Assembly (NCBI GenBank): GCA_963706955.1
Contig: CAVPOC010000014.1
Span: forward strand, 1 to 64,000
DNA length: 64,000 nucleotides
Source of the DNA: an uncultured Verrucomicrobiae bacterium
Lineage (GTDB): Bacteria > Verrucomicrobiota > Verrucomicrobiia > Chthoniobacterales > Terrimicrobiaceae
Direction: 5' to 3'
In this document: piece by piece, positions 62,545-64,000 of the stretch
Layout: each line of letters opens with the position of its first letter
How positions within the stretch are numbered: position 1 is the stretch's first letter
Notes under the pieces: model-generated
Databases searched by the model: none
Told to the model about the DNA's origin: nothing
The model's input: the letters and a program-made list of their open reading frames with translations, nothing else
Program-made: the position numbers and the translations under genes

Positions 62545-62622
62545 TGAACTTTTCGATTGCACAAGTCGCTTCGACGCAGAGTTTGCGCCGAAGGGATTCT
62601 CTGCCATGGCGTCAAATGCTCA
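62545..62622 (+). repeat. Duplicate of the corA leader and first codons
   Basis: Similar to 63281-63359 and includes ATGGCGTCAAATGCTCA. Confidence 0.85.
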
Positions 62623-62626
62623 TACC

Positions 62627-62698
62627 TTCGAACCTACGATTCGCCGCGGCGAATTAACAGCCGACCGCTCTGTTCGCCGCGGCGAAAGCTACTCAGGA
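62627..62698 (-). pseudogene. Second pseudo-tRNA-Asn (5' part) with the same two palindrome substitutions
   Basis: Palindromes at 62640-62653 and 62673-62686; ends at GGTTCGAA. Confidence 0.9.
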
Positions 62699-62888
62699 AC
62701 TTGGGATTCCGAGTCGGCTAGCAAAAGCGCAACCGCTTCTTGTTAAGGAAGCGAAGTTGCGCGTGACTCGCGTCTTCTTTTGAACAGATTCGCTACGGCC
62801 GCGCCCCACTTCTTAGGGGAATGTTAACACCGAGATAGATTGTAAATTTGCAGCAGAAGAGTAAGCGTGCGGGCGCTTCAAATCTGCA

Positions 62889-63215
62889 ATGTCCGAGTCT
62901 CTCATCGTCTACGTCTCCCTCGTGCTCTGCGGAATGGCATTGAGCTGGTTCTTGCTTTACCGGTCTATCGTGCGGCGGCTGAGTGTGCGTCATCGGAAGA
63001 AGTATTTGGCCATGCGGACGATCTCGGGAGTTCCAAAAAACAGCATCGATTGGCTGTTTTCTTTTCTGCGGTATCTTTGCTTGGGAGAACACCGTGAGCT
63101 TCGAGATTCAACGATGTCCGGTTTGTGCCTGCTGCTTAAGGGATGCACTCTCGCGATATTTCTTCTTTTCGTGTTCTTGATGTTCAGTCCGATGTTTCTG
63201 CCAGGCGGCCACTAG
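62889..63215 (+). CDS. Small two-TM membrane protein, UspB-like
   Basis: TM-RRL..RH..Y-LRYL..EHR...D....C-TM layout, 108 aa. Confidence 0.5.
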   Translation: MSESLIVYVSLVLCGMALSWFLLYRSIVRRLSVRHRKKYLAMRTISGVPKNSIDWLFSFLRYLCLGEHRELRDSTMSGLCLLLKGCTLAIFLLFVFLMFSPMFLPGGH

Positions 63216-63342
63216 ACCTATCAACTCCCCGCTAACTTCAAACAGATCCTGCGCAGCCGAGTTGGCCAATGGCCACTCAGTGAACTTTTCGATTGCATAA
63301 GCCACTTCGACGGCAGAGTTTGCCCCCAAAGGATTCTCTGCC

Positions 63343-64000
63343 ATGGCGTCAAATGCTCACAGCGCGACCGAGGAAGCACCGAGCCTAGAGGGTCGGGCGC
63401 CGGAGATTGTTTCGGTCGAGGAGAATAATGCGAGCGTTCGGAGCTTTTTCCGCTTGGTCGGCGGCCATCTGATCCCCTGCGAGCCGAACGCGGCCGAGAT
63501 CATCGCCTACACGTCGCCAACCATGGACGACGAGGCTGAATTGCAGGAGCAATACAAGATCGATTACCACACACTTCAGTCCTCTCTCGATCCGGACGAA
63601 CTCTCGCGCCTGGAGATCGAGCACGGTCATATATCCATCATTTTCAAGCGGCCGAAGAGTTTCTGTGCCGGCGACAATTTCCTGATGAAGCTGACCTCGA
63701 CCGGCGTCTTTGTTTACGAAAACTATTTGGTCATCGTGATGGCAGACGACTCGCCCATCTTCGAAGGTCGAGTTCCCTTTGGCGTGCATTCAATCCATGA
63801 TGTCATCCTGCGCCTGCTCTATCAGGCCACAATGCATTTCGAAGGACATCTCAAGGCGATCAACATGCTGGCGGACTCTCTCGAGCGGCGGATCAATACC
63901 TCACTCGAGAATAAATATCTCCTCAACATGTTCTCGCTCGAGAAGAGCCTCGTGTTTATTCTGAACTCCATCAGCTCGAACGGTTCGCTGCTGGAAAGGA
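63343..64000 (+). CDS. corA: CorA family magnesium transporter (runs off the window)
   Basis: Open frame from ATG 63343: IDYHTLQSSLDPDELSRLEIE..IIFKRP..HLKAIN..LE..NKYLLNMFSLEKSLVF. Confidence 0.8.
   Translation, partial: MASNAHSATEEAPSLEGRAPEIVSVEENNASVRSFFRLVGGHLIPCEPNAAEIIAYTSPTMDDEAELQEQYKIDYHTLQSSLDPDELSRLEIEHGHISIIFKRPKSFCAGDNFLMKLTSTGVFVYENYLVIVMADDSPIFEGRVPFGVHSIHDVILRLLYQATMHFEGHLKAINMLADSLERRINTSLENKYLLNMFSLEKSLVFILNSISSNGSLLER

Noticed and set aside
63108..63344. Minus-strand ORF MAENPLG duplicated near 62600
   Set aside because: Better explained as the antisense of the corA leader and its duplicate

Overview
GC-rich bacterial chromosomal window, probably Verrucomicrobiota (Chthoniobacterales-like). 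This assignment is inferred from gene content such as DUF5069 and is not proven. Several conserved genes carry 1-bp frameshifts (acnA, ino1, HPr, ribD-like, GpgS-like), most likely long-read consensus errors. Contents in order: a glucosylglycerate/mannosylglucosylglycerate-type solute cluster (1.8-8.4 kb); housekeeping genes (obgE, glgA, pgl, sixA, acnA); a 7-gene myo-inositol-phosphate operon (22.1-29.4 kb); putA; fabF; a hdeD-gltS-glsA group; an orphan malE; and a rearranged tRNA-Asn hotspot (52-64 kb). Two candidate undescribed systems stand out. (1) The ino1 operon encodes an ATP-grasp protein with ITPK1-like inositol-phosphate-kinase motifs, plus a dehydrogenase/aminotransferase pair, a nucleotidyltransferase, a CDP-alcohol phosphotransferase and a HAD phosphatase. 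(2) At the tRNA-Asn locus the intact tRNA is followed by three identical 147-bp tRNA-3'-end repeats. It is preceded by a GIY-YIG nuclease gene missed by the ORF track and by two 5'-tRNA copies in which the same two segments are replaced by the perfect palindrome TTCGCCGCGGCGAA. Each copy borders different cargo genes, forming a cassette-like array between tRNA-Asn and corA. All protein family calls are from motif recognition by eye; no database searches were run.
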